Assembly: GCA_020536535.1 (NCBI GenBank)
Contig: JAHLWZ010000676.1
Span: forward strand, 113,316-177,315
Direction of reading: 5' to 3'
DNA from: Pelomyxa schiedti
Lineage: Eukaryota; Protista; Evosea
DNA: 64,000 nt
In this document: positions 1 through 12,163 of the stretch, piece after piece
How positions within the stretch are numbered: position 1 is the stretch's first letter
Layout of the letters: every line of letters starts with the position of its first letter
Position numbers and translations under genes: made by a program
The notes under the pieces: generated by a model
Seen by the model: only the letters and a program-made list of their open reading frames with translations
The model's database searches: none
Told to the model about the DNA's origin: nothing

Positions 1-613
1 GTGGGGAAGGTCTTTCTGAACCCAGTTTAGGGCGCTTGGCCTTGTCTGTAGGCGTGGTGGTGTCACCTTCAGCAGCACAGAGCCCCCTCTTGCGCAGCAC
101 ACTCCCATCACCATCATCACTACTGCTGCTAATGTCTTCATCACCAATCGTGTGGGTACTGTGGTTTGCTTTTCCCTTGCTCTTGCCCTTGCTTCTGATA
201 GCATCGCCAGCACCGCCGGTCTCGTACTTCCTCCCCCCTCCATTTCCCTTTCTGGTACCCTTATCGCATGTTTCTTCACGATGTACGTTGCGATGGTGCA
301 GGTTTCCAGTTTCGAGTTTGCTTTCAATCTCGTCATCGTAATCGTCGCTGCTGTCGGTGTCGTGCTTGTTGGAGGCGGGGATCTTCTTTGCGGTGGCCCT
401 GCCCCTTTTGTAGTATGTGGCTACTACTTTCTTCCCGCGGTGCCGCGTGCCTGTTTTCGCCCTGGCCGGTGGTGTTTTGCGCTTCGATGTATTTTCTTCC
501 CAGTCGCTATCTTTGCTGTCGTCGCTGTCGCTGTGGTTGTTGCTGTCGGACGCGCTAGATCGCCCCATCCGGACACGATTTGTTAATTGGGTGATCTGGA
601 GCTGTGAAGTCAT
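1..613 (-). CDS. Hypothetical charged low-complexity protein, 5' part (runs off window start)
   Basis: Stop-free minus-strand frame from ATG 613 (or 568) to position 1: MTSQLQITQLTNRVRMGRSSASDSNNHSDSDDSKDSDWEENTSKRKTPPARAKTGTRHRGKK...; absent from the ORF track because it has no stop in the window. Confidence 0.6.
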   Translation of the reverse strand, partial: MTSQLQITQLTNRVRMGRSSASDSNNHSDSDDSKDSDWEENTSKRKTPPARAKTGTRHRGKKVVATYYKRGRATAKKIPASNKHDTDSSDDYDDEIESKLETGNLHHRNVHREETCDKGTRKGNGGGRKYETGGAGDAIRSKGKSKGKANHSTHTIGDEDISSSSDDGDGSVLRKRGLCAAEGDTTTPTDKAKRPKLGSERPSP

Positions 614-731
614 CAACAATCAAACTGTCACGTCTTTCTGTGGCAGGTGATGGGAGTTGCCTGCGTGTGTGGGACGCCTTGTGGGGCGCCATTATTGAGA
701 TTTTTTCTCCCAACGCATAGTGCCAGATCCA

Positions 732-1988
732 ATGGCTACACCTGAGAGCGGAGTCGACAGTGCGACAGCGGTGGCACAGCAAAACAGAATACGAGCTCTC
801 TTTTTCACGTTTATAGACTACATCAGTTCGATCTTGGACAGTTCGACTCAAAGAAATCCACCAAACAACGTTGGGCCTGTTCTGGAAGAGAGAGTGGATG
901 AAAGAGGCTGTAGGAGTGAGGCGATATGCGACTCGCTGTTAGGCAGTTGGATGTTTGTTTATTCTCCGTCAGAACTTCAAGTAGTTCCCCATCCCATTGA
1001 GTAAATACGCACTAGTTTTTACTTCGATCCAGTTTATACAAGATACAAAAAATAGCATTCAAACTCAGTTATGTGAGTTGCGAGCAGTCAAAACTTCTGC
1101 TAGTAAGTCACTGTTCGCTCAGGAGTCTTTGAGATTATTCAAGTTACTTTCTTCTGAGGTAAACATCTCAATAAATTACCTGAATTCTGAGTTCAAATTT
1201 ATAGGATCAGAGGAGACTCAATGTAGAAGAATTGGATAGTGCTGCTCGTTCCAAAATACTTTCCGATGTTGTCAATATGCACTCGACAATCTGGCTGGAC
1301 TACATATTAGGCACTCTTATCCCAGAGGAACGGAAGAAAGAATTTCTGGAGCACTACCAGGAGCATAAATATGAACGAGGTACATTTTGTGGATGGAATT
1401 GGGATTGACTTCTATAGGAGTGGTTGGTGGAATGAAAGAGCTTGCTTGGCGGGCTTCACAAACCAAGGGGCTGAAACCGCGTGTTGTATCAGAAATGGTG
1501 TGGAGTATTTTTATGTCTCTCCGCTGCAGGTAGAATCGAGAGTTACCCAAATGCTACCAATTCAATTACCCTAGTTTACGAATCTTCTTGAATCGGGAGC
1601 TCTCTGACGCAGAACTCCATGGGCTATCCTGTCAAGTTGTTTCCTGCATTGATTCCTTGATCCATATGTGGTTGGAAACCGTAAAGAATAGTGCCAGGGG
1701 CAGGTTGAATGCTGGACGCCTACAGATATTGTGGAAACAACAACAGGTGAAAGAATTTATTTGCATTGCCGCATAACAAAGAAATCGTAGGAAGAAAAGG
1801 AAAAGCATACTAGAGAGTTGGCACAGGCTGGGAATCTGGCACACTTTGAGGGCATCCACGTTGTTGTACAAGCCCATGAAAGGTGCACTATGACCAAGGA
1901 GGAGATTGGCCAACTTGGTGACAAATTGAAGTTCAGGCTTATTGAGGATTACCACCCTTTTACACCCAAAGCACACCAAGGAACTTAA
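732..1988 (+). CDS. Hypothetical multi-exon protein
   Basis: ATG 732 (MATPESG...); exon frames joined by short GT-AG introns; last exon EEKEKHTRELAQAG...KAHQGT* ends 1988. No family recognised. Confidence 0.55.
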
Positions 1989-2101
1989 TTGCTTGTCCAA
2001 TTCGAAACAAAAAAAAAAAAAATATGTATCATTGTGTAAACAACTCTTATATTATTATCAAGTTTGGATTCCTAATTACTTCAAAGTTCACAAGTCCGTC
2101 A

Positions 2102-3175
2102 CTATTCACCTGTAGGTGTGTAAGAAGTAATCACAGCAGTCACATGCAACACACACATCAAAAGGTCCCCAACGTTCCGCCGGTTGTCCATTTCCGTCTT
2201 CTTCATGCACTGCCATCTTAGAAATATGGAACGTCTCCACTGACCCATCTGATGGAAAGGGTTTAGCATGATTAATGGGGAGGGGAGTGGTTGTGTACCT
2301 TTGCTTTTCCATACAAGCGGATTGAATATATGGCATTGGGAGCAACCAATCCTAGTACGCTTTGCTGGTAACCAAGAATCCGAACTTCGGGTATACCACA
2401 CGAAAGCCTCCACACCCTTGCAATTGTCACTGTTCCTCACGCAGATTTTCATGACAGCTGCTGGGCCTTGCGCCGCTTTGGCAGTAGAACCACATGGGCC
2501 AGTACCTTCCACTGCAGTGCTTACAGCCACGCTTACAGCCGCCTCCGCCCCTCCTCCCACCAATACTACGCTCTCTGCCGCACCCCCACAAGAATACAGC
2601 TTGCCATTGCCATTGCCATTGCCAGTCCCAGTCCCGTTGCCGTTGTCGTTGTCGTTGTCGTTGTCACTGTCATTGCCGCCCAGTCCAACCACAACAGCGC
2701 CACCCGAAGAAGATGCCGCGACACTAGTCGAGCCCGGGCCAGCCACAGCCACACCAACAGCAGACCCAGCGGGAGCGTCTATCACCACACCCACCGCAGG
2801 CACGCTGGTGCTCCCCCCTTCCCCGCCGCCCCCGCCGATCCCCACTCCCACTCCCGCCGCCGCCGCCGCTCCCTCCCCTTCCTCAGCGCCCGCCGCCTCC
2901 ACCGCGACTTGGACGCCTCCCCCTGTCGTCCGCTGTTCCTTGGTAGGAGGAGGAGGAGGGGGGCTGGTGGTCACCGAGACAGAGCCAGAACCGACCACTA
3001 CTGTGACGCCGCCAACGTCGACTACGACGCCGTCCTGTCCCACAATGACGCCGCCGTTGCCACTGCCCCTTGTTGTCGACGACGCGGCGTTCACCGTCAC
3101 CTTTGTGCTAGCCATCATCATCAGCCCTGCCTGAATCAACACGCACACGACAATTACGTCCGGGGTCCAACGCAT
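2102..3175 (-). CDS. Hypothetical protein: Gly/Ala/Val-rich N-half, Cys-containing globular C-terminal domain
   Basis: 357-aa ORF; C-terminal ~115 aa are complex (IGCSQCH...NPFHQMGQW...RWQC). Start uncertain: the hydrophobic N-terminus could be a signal peptide or intron read-through. Confidence 0.6.
   Translation of the reverse strand: MRWTPDVIVVCVLIQAGLMMMASTKVTVNAASSTTRGSGNGGVIVGQDGVVVDVGGVTVVVGSGSVSVTTSPPPPPPTKEQRTTGGGVQVAVEAAGAEEGEGAAAAAGVGVGIGGGGGEGGSTSVPAVGVVIDAPAGSAVGVAVAGPGSTSVAASSSGGAVVVGLGGNDSDNDNDNDNGNGTGTGNGNGNGKLYSCGGAAESVVLVGGGAEAAVSVAVSTAVEGTGPCGSTAKAAQGPAAVMKICVRNSDNCKGVEAFVWYTRSSDSWLPAKRTRIGCSQCHIFNPLVWKSKGTQPLPSPLIMLNPFHQMGQWRRSIFLRWQCMKKTEMDNRRNVGDLLMCVLHVTAVITSYTPTGE
2601..2675. 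repeat. Coding hexamer microsatellite (TTGCCA)n/(TTGTCG)n
   Basis: Visible tandem hexamers encoding NG and DN dipeptide runs on the minus strand. Confidence 0.8.
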
Positions 3176-3378
3176 TCCTTCTCAGAGATCTTTGTTTGTT
3201 CGTGTCCGACATCGTTGGCACCATCGCCTTGTTCCCATGGGAACGGCACCACAATTTTGTTTTTCGTTTTTAACTTTTCAATCAATCACCCAGTAAAAGA
3301 GACATTTAAGGAAAAAATACAAAATTTTCTCTCACAATTGGTCTGGTGTAGTTTATTATGCAAAGGAGATGTACGTTT

Positions 3379-4164
3379 TTACATGACGGAGCAACGTTTC
3401 CTCTTCTTTCCTTTTAGTACGTTAGGGGTGAATAGGCAAGGCATCAAGAAAGAATACCCTTGTTGAAGAGCACTGCCTTGATGGCTTCGTCAAAAACGAG
3501 CTTAAGGTTATCTCCGGACTTGGCGGAACACTCGATGTACTTGAGAGCCTTGATTCTTTGTGCCACTTCATTGCCTTGATCATAAGTGACAATGGTTTGT
3601 CCCATTGTCTTCAGCTTTGCAATGGCATCGGGGTCATTCCTGCCGTCCACCTTTGTTCCAATCAGAATGTATGGAACTCCATCAGCTGGATTGGACACTT
3701 TAGTGTTATTGAAGAGTAAAAAATAGAATGTACCTGGGCTGAAATGGATGATTTCTGGGTGCCATTTGGCAATTACGTTTTCCAGAGATACCGGATTCGT
3801 TATGGCAAAGCAGATAAGGAATACATTGGTGTTAGAGTAACTGAGTGGCCTCAATCGATCATATTCCTCCTGTCCAGCAGTATCCCACAATGTCAGCTCA
3901 ATGTTTCGATTACCAGCTGTAAGAGTAACAACTGTACCGAGGGAAAAAAAAGGTCAACTCCTAGCCAAGGTACAACGGAAAAAGAAAAAAAAAACAAGCA
4001 AAAAACTAAACAAATAGCTCACCGTAGTTATCAAAAACAGTAGGGACATAGGTCTTTGGGAACTCGTGATTCGCGTAAGTGATCAGCAGGCACGTCTTCC
4101 CCACGGCACCATCTCCAACCACTACCAACTTGATAGACTGAGTGCCAGGTGTTGGTTCGGTCAT
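3379..4164 (-). CDS. Rac/Rho-family small GTPase
   Basis: [65 protein letters not shown]; last exon KKRKRCSVM* gives a polybasic CAAX tail; GT-AG introns. Confidence 0.95.
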
Positions 4165-4377
4165 GTTTGTTTGTTGTTTGATGACGGTTTTTGTTTGTTG
4201 TTGTTGTTTTATTTGTTTTTGTGTGTGGAAAAGGGTCTTTTAAATTGATCAAACGTGCTCGATGAAGAATTTCGCGTGAATGTTTGCCGAGGAAGAAAAG
4301 ATTTTATCTGATTGGTTTTATTTTGAAAAGAGATCAAGCAGCAGTTGCCGATGTATCTGGGGTTTGTTTTTTGTGCC

Positions 4378-5995
4378 TCAGTGTGCTCTACGTACCTTCT
4401 TGGTTGTTGTTGCCTTGGGCTTTTCTGCATCCGATGAAGAACTAGAGGATTCATCACCGGAGGAATGTTCTGAGGATTCAGACGACGAGGATGACTCCTC
4501 GTCACTAGACTCAGAGGAGGATTCAGAGGATGATTTTGGGTGTTTCCTCTTTACAGTGTGTTTCTTGGTTGTGGCGGTTTTGCTTGTCTTGGGCTTCGTT
4601 GTAGGTTTCTTTTTCTTGCCCCTGGCCGATTTGGTAGCGGCCTTTGCTTTTGCATTTGCGCGTGTTTGTTCTTCTGAAATTGGTTCTGGACACTTGCTAG
4701 AATGCAGGGAATAAAGAAGGTCAATCTCAGCTCTGTACGCGGCATCAACCGGCGTAGTGCTTCCTGATTTCTTGGGCGGGGGTGTTTCTAGTATCAGCGG
4801 TAAATGTCTCATTCTGGGATCGTTCATTATGCACCAGAAAGGTACAAGGCCCATCATCCCCTTGCCAATATTTGCGTGCCTGTCGGACTTGCTTCCGCAT
4901 TTCGTTGCACAGTCATTAATGTGAACAGCTTTGAGATACTAGGTTTTTGTGGGGGAAAAAACTGGTGGTATTGACGCACTTGAAGCCCAATTTCATTATC
5001 AATGGCTTGCATCATTTCCTCATAACCTTCTTTTGAGCGAATATCAAAGCCTCAAGGACTAATGGTGAGATTTTCAAGTTAAGATAAACATATAAACCTG
5101 CAGCAAAGGCGTGGCACGTATCAAGACACATTCCAACTCGACTTTTATCTGTTACGCCATTTATCATTAAATGTAATTGCCCAAAACGTGATCCAACGGA
5201 ATGTCCTTGCCCTGCACTGTTCTCCAGTAATATAGTAGTTATTACAGGAGCAACGGGCTGTGGGCTAGGGGGCGTAGAATGTGAACTTGCAGTTGTTGTA
5301 TTGGATGGTGCAGTGGTGTTAGTTTCGGGTACTTTAGTGCCTACGAAATTAGATGAAAAACAGGATAGGACATAGGTTCAACTGTTGGGAATCACTTGAT
5401 GAAGATGCGACAACAACATCTGCAGTTTTTGCTATTGCCTCATTAATAGCTGCAGAAATCTTATTGCAGGCTGCGGAATCACCAATACTCTTTGTGTCAC
5501 TCCCAGGATGCACCACAATGTAAGGTATTCCTAAAATACAGCACCTATAGCCAGAAAAAGCAAATTAGTACACTGCACTGCTAACCATAAATTCATTGTA
5601 ATTTCATAAAGGGGGCTTCAACCGCGTCCCATAATTAACAGCCGTTGCTACAACCTGCGGAGCTCGTCAGACAGACAAGCCACGCTCTTTTCGCGAGTGC
5701 TCTCGTCGCCAGAGCAAAAGTTCGACAGGTACGAACCATGCGCGGCCACGGCCGTAGCCTCCACGCCCGCGCCTCGCCGCGCCGACGCGAACCTCGCGGC
5801 CTCGTCGGGGCCGATGGGCCGCGGCGCCGCCCACGAGCGGCCGTTGCGCACGAAGAGCGCCACGGCCCTCGCGCCCTTGCGCGCCGCGCGGCCGAACACC
5901 GCAGACATGTCGCCCCCTGACGAGTTGGTGTGCGCACCGACCCACCAGTCGTTCCGCGACACCGTGGCAGAGGAGGCCGCAGCGGATGCACTCAT
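4378..5995 (-). CDS. AP endonuclease family 2 (endonuclease IV/Apn1-like)
   Basis: Motifs [56 protein letters not shown] carry the expected Zn ligands; Lys-rich and Ser/Glu-rich tail. Confidence 0.93.
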
Positions 5996-6262
5996 GGTGA
6001 TGGATATGGCTGGTGTCACAGCCTATCTTCAGTTCCCGGAATCAGCAGCTTGTGGTGATATGGCTGGTTCCACGAACCCTACGCTGCTCCCGGGGTATTA
6101 TTATTAATAATACGCAGTGAACCATCCCGGAGCCCAAATTTTGAGGGCTGTTCTTCTCAAGAAGAAATCCCTTTCGGCTCTCATTACCTTAATCACATAC
6201 GAAGGGAACAAGCAATTTTTTAAACGAAAGAAAGAAAAGGAAAAAAAAACCCCAACCAAAGA

Positions 6263-6837
6263 ATGAGCACTACGCCCAAGCGCAAACTGCTGTTCATCAT
6301 CTTCAACGACAACGAGTGCACCGCCAAGCACGCGTTGTGGTGGGCGCAGGACCTTACGTCCCGAGGCCACGTAGTGAGGGTCATATTCGAGGGCCCAGGC
6401 ACCCGCCTCGTCGACAATCCAGCAATGGACGCCGACATCAAACAAGCCCTCGCTAGCCACCTCGTCGTGGGCGCCTGCAAGGTACCGTACAAGTTCAACC
6501 AACTTTTTTTTTTCCCCCTTAGTTCTAAATGCACAATGCCATGCTACTGGTGGCGTGATAAAATTAGTAAGAACGTAAAAGCCAATCGCCAACAAACAAA
6601 CGCCCATATTGGCAATATCCTATCACGACTCAGCATAGTAACTAATATAACAACCAACACACACAGGCAGCATCTGGAGCGATGGGATGCGGCGGGCCGA
6701 CCGCCGTCTGCCCAGGAGGAGTTCCCCCTCTGCACCAAAAGTGCAACGAGCTGGGCGTAACACTGCTGAGTGACTTGAGGGGACATGCCAACGTGGGGCC
6801 ATTTGTGGACGAGGGATTTGAGATGGTTACATTCTGA
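6263..6837 (+). CDS. DsrE/DsrF-like small protein (bacterial-type), 2 exons
   Basis: Exon 1 6263-6481, GT-AG intron 6482-6666, exon 2 6667-6837: KLLFIIFNDNECTAKHALWWAQDLTSRGHVVRVIFEGPGTRL...VVGACK|AASGAMGC...LLSDLRGHANVGPFVDEGFEMVTF*; matches the DsrE-like pattern as I recall it. Confidence 0.75.
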
Positions 6838-7014
6838 GTGAGGCCTGTGTCTACTTAGACGGACTGCGGCCGTTTGAATTCAATCCCCGCTGTAATTTGC
6901 TCGGAAGATTGTGGTGTGCAGAACCCCAATGAACCAACCCATAATAAACGTGGCTTTGCCGGTTCTACAACAAGTTTTTTGGAGCCGATCTTTCTCCGAA
7001 AAAGAAACCGCAGG

Positions 7015-10000
7015 ATGGGAGGGTCGTCGGTTTTTTTCCTGTTCGCGTGCGTGGGGATTGTGGGCATTGTGGGTCACGAGACTATTTTTTTGTATGGCCA
7101 AATAGACAACTCCTATGCAGGTGGTTTTCCTTTTTTTTTTGGGTTTTTTCCCTTATGGCTGCCTTGTAGAGTTTAGCACCAAGGTGGCCAATGATTGGAT
7201 TCCACTTTACCCCAGCAGTTTTTCTGGAGGGTTTTCTGTCAATCCACAAAATGCAATTACAAAGGATGTATTCCCTGGCTTTCAAGCAGGCCCTTCTGAT
7301 TGTGTGTTTCTACTGGGTGTGACAATATTAATCCTCTGCATTCCATTTAAGTGTGGGCAAACAGTCAGCAGTATCCACTCCTGCTCTCCTTTACCATAAG
7401 TTCATCTATCTGGAATGTTGTTTCTTCCTCTTTTGCTTTTTCTGCTGCAGTTCTTGGTGTTTCAACTGGTATGCACTACTGGTTGTAGATAAAGCATCTC
7501 AATTTTCAATGTGTTGGCAGGCACTGGAGGAACAGTAGCTGTGTATGTGAACTCAGAAAAAGCCGCACAACAGTCTTATGCAAGGGGTTCCAACGAAGAT
7601 ATTCTCAACACATTCTCTGGCTCTGTTGTGATGTACTTGAGTTTCACTCTCGACAAATCTTTATTTGTTCTGGGTTCCAATACAATAGAACTTGTTATCT
7701 CCTTGGTATTTTCCTCTGTCCTTTTGGTGAATATAAGTGAAGTCAGGGAGCTTGGAATATATACGACTATCTACTGCTGGAAGGTCTAGTTGGTGATAAT
7801 ATTGAGGTTTTTGGGCAATTTTCCTTCAAGTGTAATGCTATACCTAGGTTTTGTATCTCAGTGCAAAAAGCCTCCCATTCCTGGCAAATGTTGGTGGTGT
7901 AGCGGAAAGTGTTGTCCAGTTCAGTGGCACTGCCGTAGGTACATCAGAAGTGTGCACATTAGCATCAGTAATCTTATCTGGTGATACATACACCACAAAA
8001 TCAAATATCACGGGAGGCACATTTACCATTAATGTCAATGTAGTATGCCACGTTTTCCTCCAGGGCACTCACTTTCACTTTAGGTGCCAGAACAATCTCA
8101 GCCCAATTCTGTACTTGTGACTCTGACAGACTGTGATTCGAATATGCTCTTTCCATCCTTTTCCGCAACTGTGGAGCCAGTTCGACATCTTACTGTAATG
8201 TTAATACCGCATTCCCACCTTGATATTGGGTATGCTGACTTGCAGGTTTACCTACACTTGTTCCTCGGATACTATTAAACTTCCGCACAAGCCTAATGTT
8301 ATTATCTCTCAAAAAACATATCTGGAGCATGCTCTTTCTCTGATAGAAGAAACTACATCTAGCCCTTCTCCTATGACTTGGGTTGCTGAAGCTTCTTGGC
8401 CAGAGTGGCTTCTCATGGTGGGTATTTTTTTAAAAAAATCAAAAAAAACAAGTTCAGAAAACAATCAACATTTTTAAGAATGACTTTGGGCCATATGATG
8501 AGTATGGAGCTGCTTTATCAGAGGCCACCCTCACGAAAGACCTCCCAACACAATTCTGGGTTGACATTCCCTGTATGCCTGAAGCTTGAAATGCATGCCT
8601 CTCAAAAACCTCAGATATGAAAAATGTAGCAGGTTATGCTGCTCTTACAACCTCAGCACATTGTGATGATGACAGAGAAAATAATCGACGGCTAGTTGAT
8701 GGTTCCCGCATGGAATGGAGTAGCTATGCCTCTGCTAGCTCTTCCTGGGCGGAACTTTCATTTGATACTCCCCTGACTCAACTGAAATACATTGCCATAA
8801 GAGGTGGAGATGTTACTGTCAATTCAGTCACAGTGTCAATCAACAGTGGACAGGCAAATTACACTGTTGCCACATTACCGGGTGATTTCTTTTTTTCTCC
8901 TTCACCAAAGTTATTTAAATTGACTCTTAGACCACACTGCCAGAGCGTTATTGTCATTCACCACCTTTCCTTCCCCAATCTCCAACATTCGACTTGATAC
9001 TTTCAAGACATTTGGTGATATACAATTCGACTTAACTGAACTGGAAGTTTGGGTTCCCTTCTCACCACAGGACACTCGCACATCCCTTGAATCAGCGTTC
9101 CAATCAGGGCGCTGTGACAGTTCCGCATTATTGATGAACTTTTTGACGGGGTGCCCGCCTACTGAGTGGATGATAAGACAATTAATCAGAAGCATTTCTG
9201 CCTTATCGGAGCTTGGAAAAACTACACCAACGACTGCACTAATAACTGATGTACCTGGCTTCTCGTGGGTTGTACCAGGTATGCTCCTATTATTTGGTGC
9301 AGTTTAACGTATCAGCCTTCCAGATATCCTTTCCGAAGCTGGGGTAAAATATTTTTCACTCAAATTTTGTAACAAGACTAGGTAAAATACTTTTACCCAG
9401 CCTTGAATCTATACCACGCTAATAATGGCCTCTATAATATGCCTCAAGCCTTTTGGTGGGAAGGTTGTAGTTTTCCATTACTATTTTTCTTATTTCTTTA
9501 AGGTCCATCTGGGGGCAGAGTTCTTGTATTCCACTCCTTTGATAATTACAACGAAGGCTGGGAGATGGGATGGACTCGATCAGTGGAACTTGTTGAAGAA
9601 AATGCCCCAAGTTCACAATTTCCAAAACACAAAAACAATTCACGCTTCCTAGGCTGGTTAGAAAGTCTAGATGCAGAAGAATATAGCTTTACTGTTGCTG
9701 CACTGAGGACATTGGGTGATATAACTGACGATGGCCCTGTGGCAATGTATCCATTGGATTGTTTGTTTACCTTCTCAGTTTCTCAGGTATCTACCAGATG
9801 TTGTCTCTGAATGGAATGAGAAATGGCTCTGGCCACATGCAGTCATAGCAACCCCAACGGAATTTTTTGATGTTTTGACCAGTGATGAAGCTACCAAATA
9901 CTTACCCGTGCTTCAAGGAGACTGGACAGGGTTGGGATTTTTATCCCCTGTTGATACTTATTCTTCAAAGGTATTGGGAGGATGGTGTGGGGTCATCTGC

Positions 10001-12163
10001 TCAAGAAACTCTACTTGCACGTGAAGTTCACCACTCCCTATTATTATCCTTGGCATTTGGTGCAATCCAACAGGAACTAGATTTAACCAAGAATACTACC
10101 CAATGGGATTCGTTGATGCTTTGGGCAGAAGAAGGTTTTAAAGATGTCTCTTCTCATTGATTGCTAAAATGGATTTTACTATACAGGACTGCACCTGTAC
10201 TACGAACATACATGGGGAGCCGATATTTCGACAAGTCAACCATATGGTAAGACAAAAAGCTCTCAATTCGCTGACAATACCAAAAAAAAAAAAAAAAATC
10301 AAACAAGATCCATACACGACAGACCAGTGGCTCTTCAAATCACAACCACTCTACAACTCTGTTGCTTATTGTGCACAACTGTCACCCCTTCTCACCCCAC
10401 TGGCTATCGAATTTTCACCTGTCACAACACCTTCCCGTACTACTTTAGCAGTCCTTAATCCAAGTGGGTTTGATAAGAGTGGTATTGTGCAGATAAGTTG
10501 GCTTAATTGCGACCCTTCTTGCACTGTATTCACATCCCCTGGCTCATCTACTGTGACACCCTCATTTACTACAACTGTCGATGGTGAGGAAGTTTTGAAT
10601 TTTTGGGCAGATAATGTTCCGTCTGTTGGAATAAGCTATTTTGAAGTAGAAACAAGCTCAGCAAAGAAACTTTACACAGAAAAGGTTGTTTATTTTTTAC
10701 TCTTTCACACTTTTTGAATGTAATAGGTGGTAACTGAACAATCATATGACACTTTGTATTACACCCTAAAAGTGGAGTCCAATGGCAAAATTAGCAGCAT
10801 TTTTGACAAGCAATTGCAACAAGAGATCGTTGAATCATCTGTTTACTCTATGAACCAATTCATTTATGTTCCTGGTAAGCACCACTCCTTTTTTCATTTT
10901 TATTCACGTACACTTCAAAATAGGTACTGACAATAGCGACCAACGAACCTTTTCCTCGGCAGTGATTACACAAACCGAAAATGATATATACGTAGAAGTG
11001 ACAATATCTTCACAGCTCTCTCCCTGGTTCTCGTCGGTTGTACAAAAAATACGCCTCTACAAAACAACCAAGTTGATTGAATTTGAAAATACGGTACTGT
11101 TTTTACATAAACTCCAAACTAAACTCCCAAGATGGAAAAACTGGATACGATATCCAAAGAAGCTCTTTATTTTGCTTTCCCATTTAATGTTGATGGCGGT
11201 GAAATGAGGTTGGAAATGACTGGTGGTGTAATGTCAGTGGAGAGAGACCAGTTATCAGGAGCCTGCAGAGACTGGATGGCAATACAGGTGATATAAACAG
11301 AGAAATAAAGAATAAAATCCTGAGAGTCTCACATCACAGGATTCAATTGGAGTAGTTTCCTCTCCATTCTCAGTGTTACTGTCATCGCCTGATACCCCAC
11401 TTTTTGTAATAGGAAAAATCAAGTGCGTACTGACTTATACCTCCCTCTCGTTAAAGCACTTTTACAGTGTCCTAACATGGCAGACCGAACTTGATATATC
11501 CAACACAACGCTATTTGCATACACCGAAAATAATTACTGGGTATAAATGTGTACTTGTTTAGGAGCCACTAACACCTGTTACCTAACAGGATACAAACTA
11601 CAAAGCCTCACAAGGAGGAGTTATCACATTCAGATATGCTATTACTAGTATGTCTGGGAGGGCCACTGACACTGATATTGTCACATTTGGACAGGTAATT
11701 CCAAATTTCAATAGTAACCAAAAAAAGAAACGAGGCACGCCAAATCAATAACTTTATCCCATAACAGAGTTATGCCCTGCCAATGCTCGGGCTTACACTT
11801 CCCAAGATAAGCACATCCACCAGCACCGATTCATCAATTTCCTTCCTCAGCGTTGTGTACTCATCAGCCACAACGACACTGTATCCCCACGCCAGGATTC
11901 TATCAGTTCTTCCGTCAGATTCCACTGACAACGGATTCTTGGTCCGGATACAGGAAACAATTGGCACAGACGCAATGGTGTATCTGAACCTATCTCAAAC
12001 TGCATTCGGGAAAGGATACCCGTCCGCACAGCAAGTGGACTTACTTGAGAAAAATGGGGTTTCTCTTAGTGTCTCGACTGATCAAAAAACAGGCAACTAT
12101 CTAGTCAAACTCTGGCTTGGACCCTATTCCCTCTCAACAATCCTCATCTCCTTCCCCAAATAA
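7015..12163 (+). CDS. Secreted GH38-family glycoside hydrolase, bacterial-type architecture, many exons
   Basis: Signal-like N-terminus; IPHSHLDIGYADLQ Zn motif; nucleophile region LITDVPGFSW; YWEDG, LYYEHTWG, DQLSGACRDW, ENNYWDTNYKASQGG. Confidence 0.85.

Noticed and set aside
2268-3466. Long plus-strand ORFs (288 and 332 aa)
   Set aside because: Antisense shadows of a GC-rich low-complexity coding region; no motifs.
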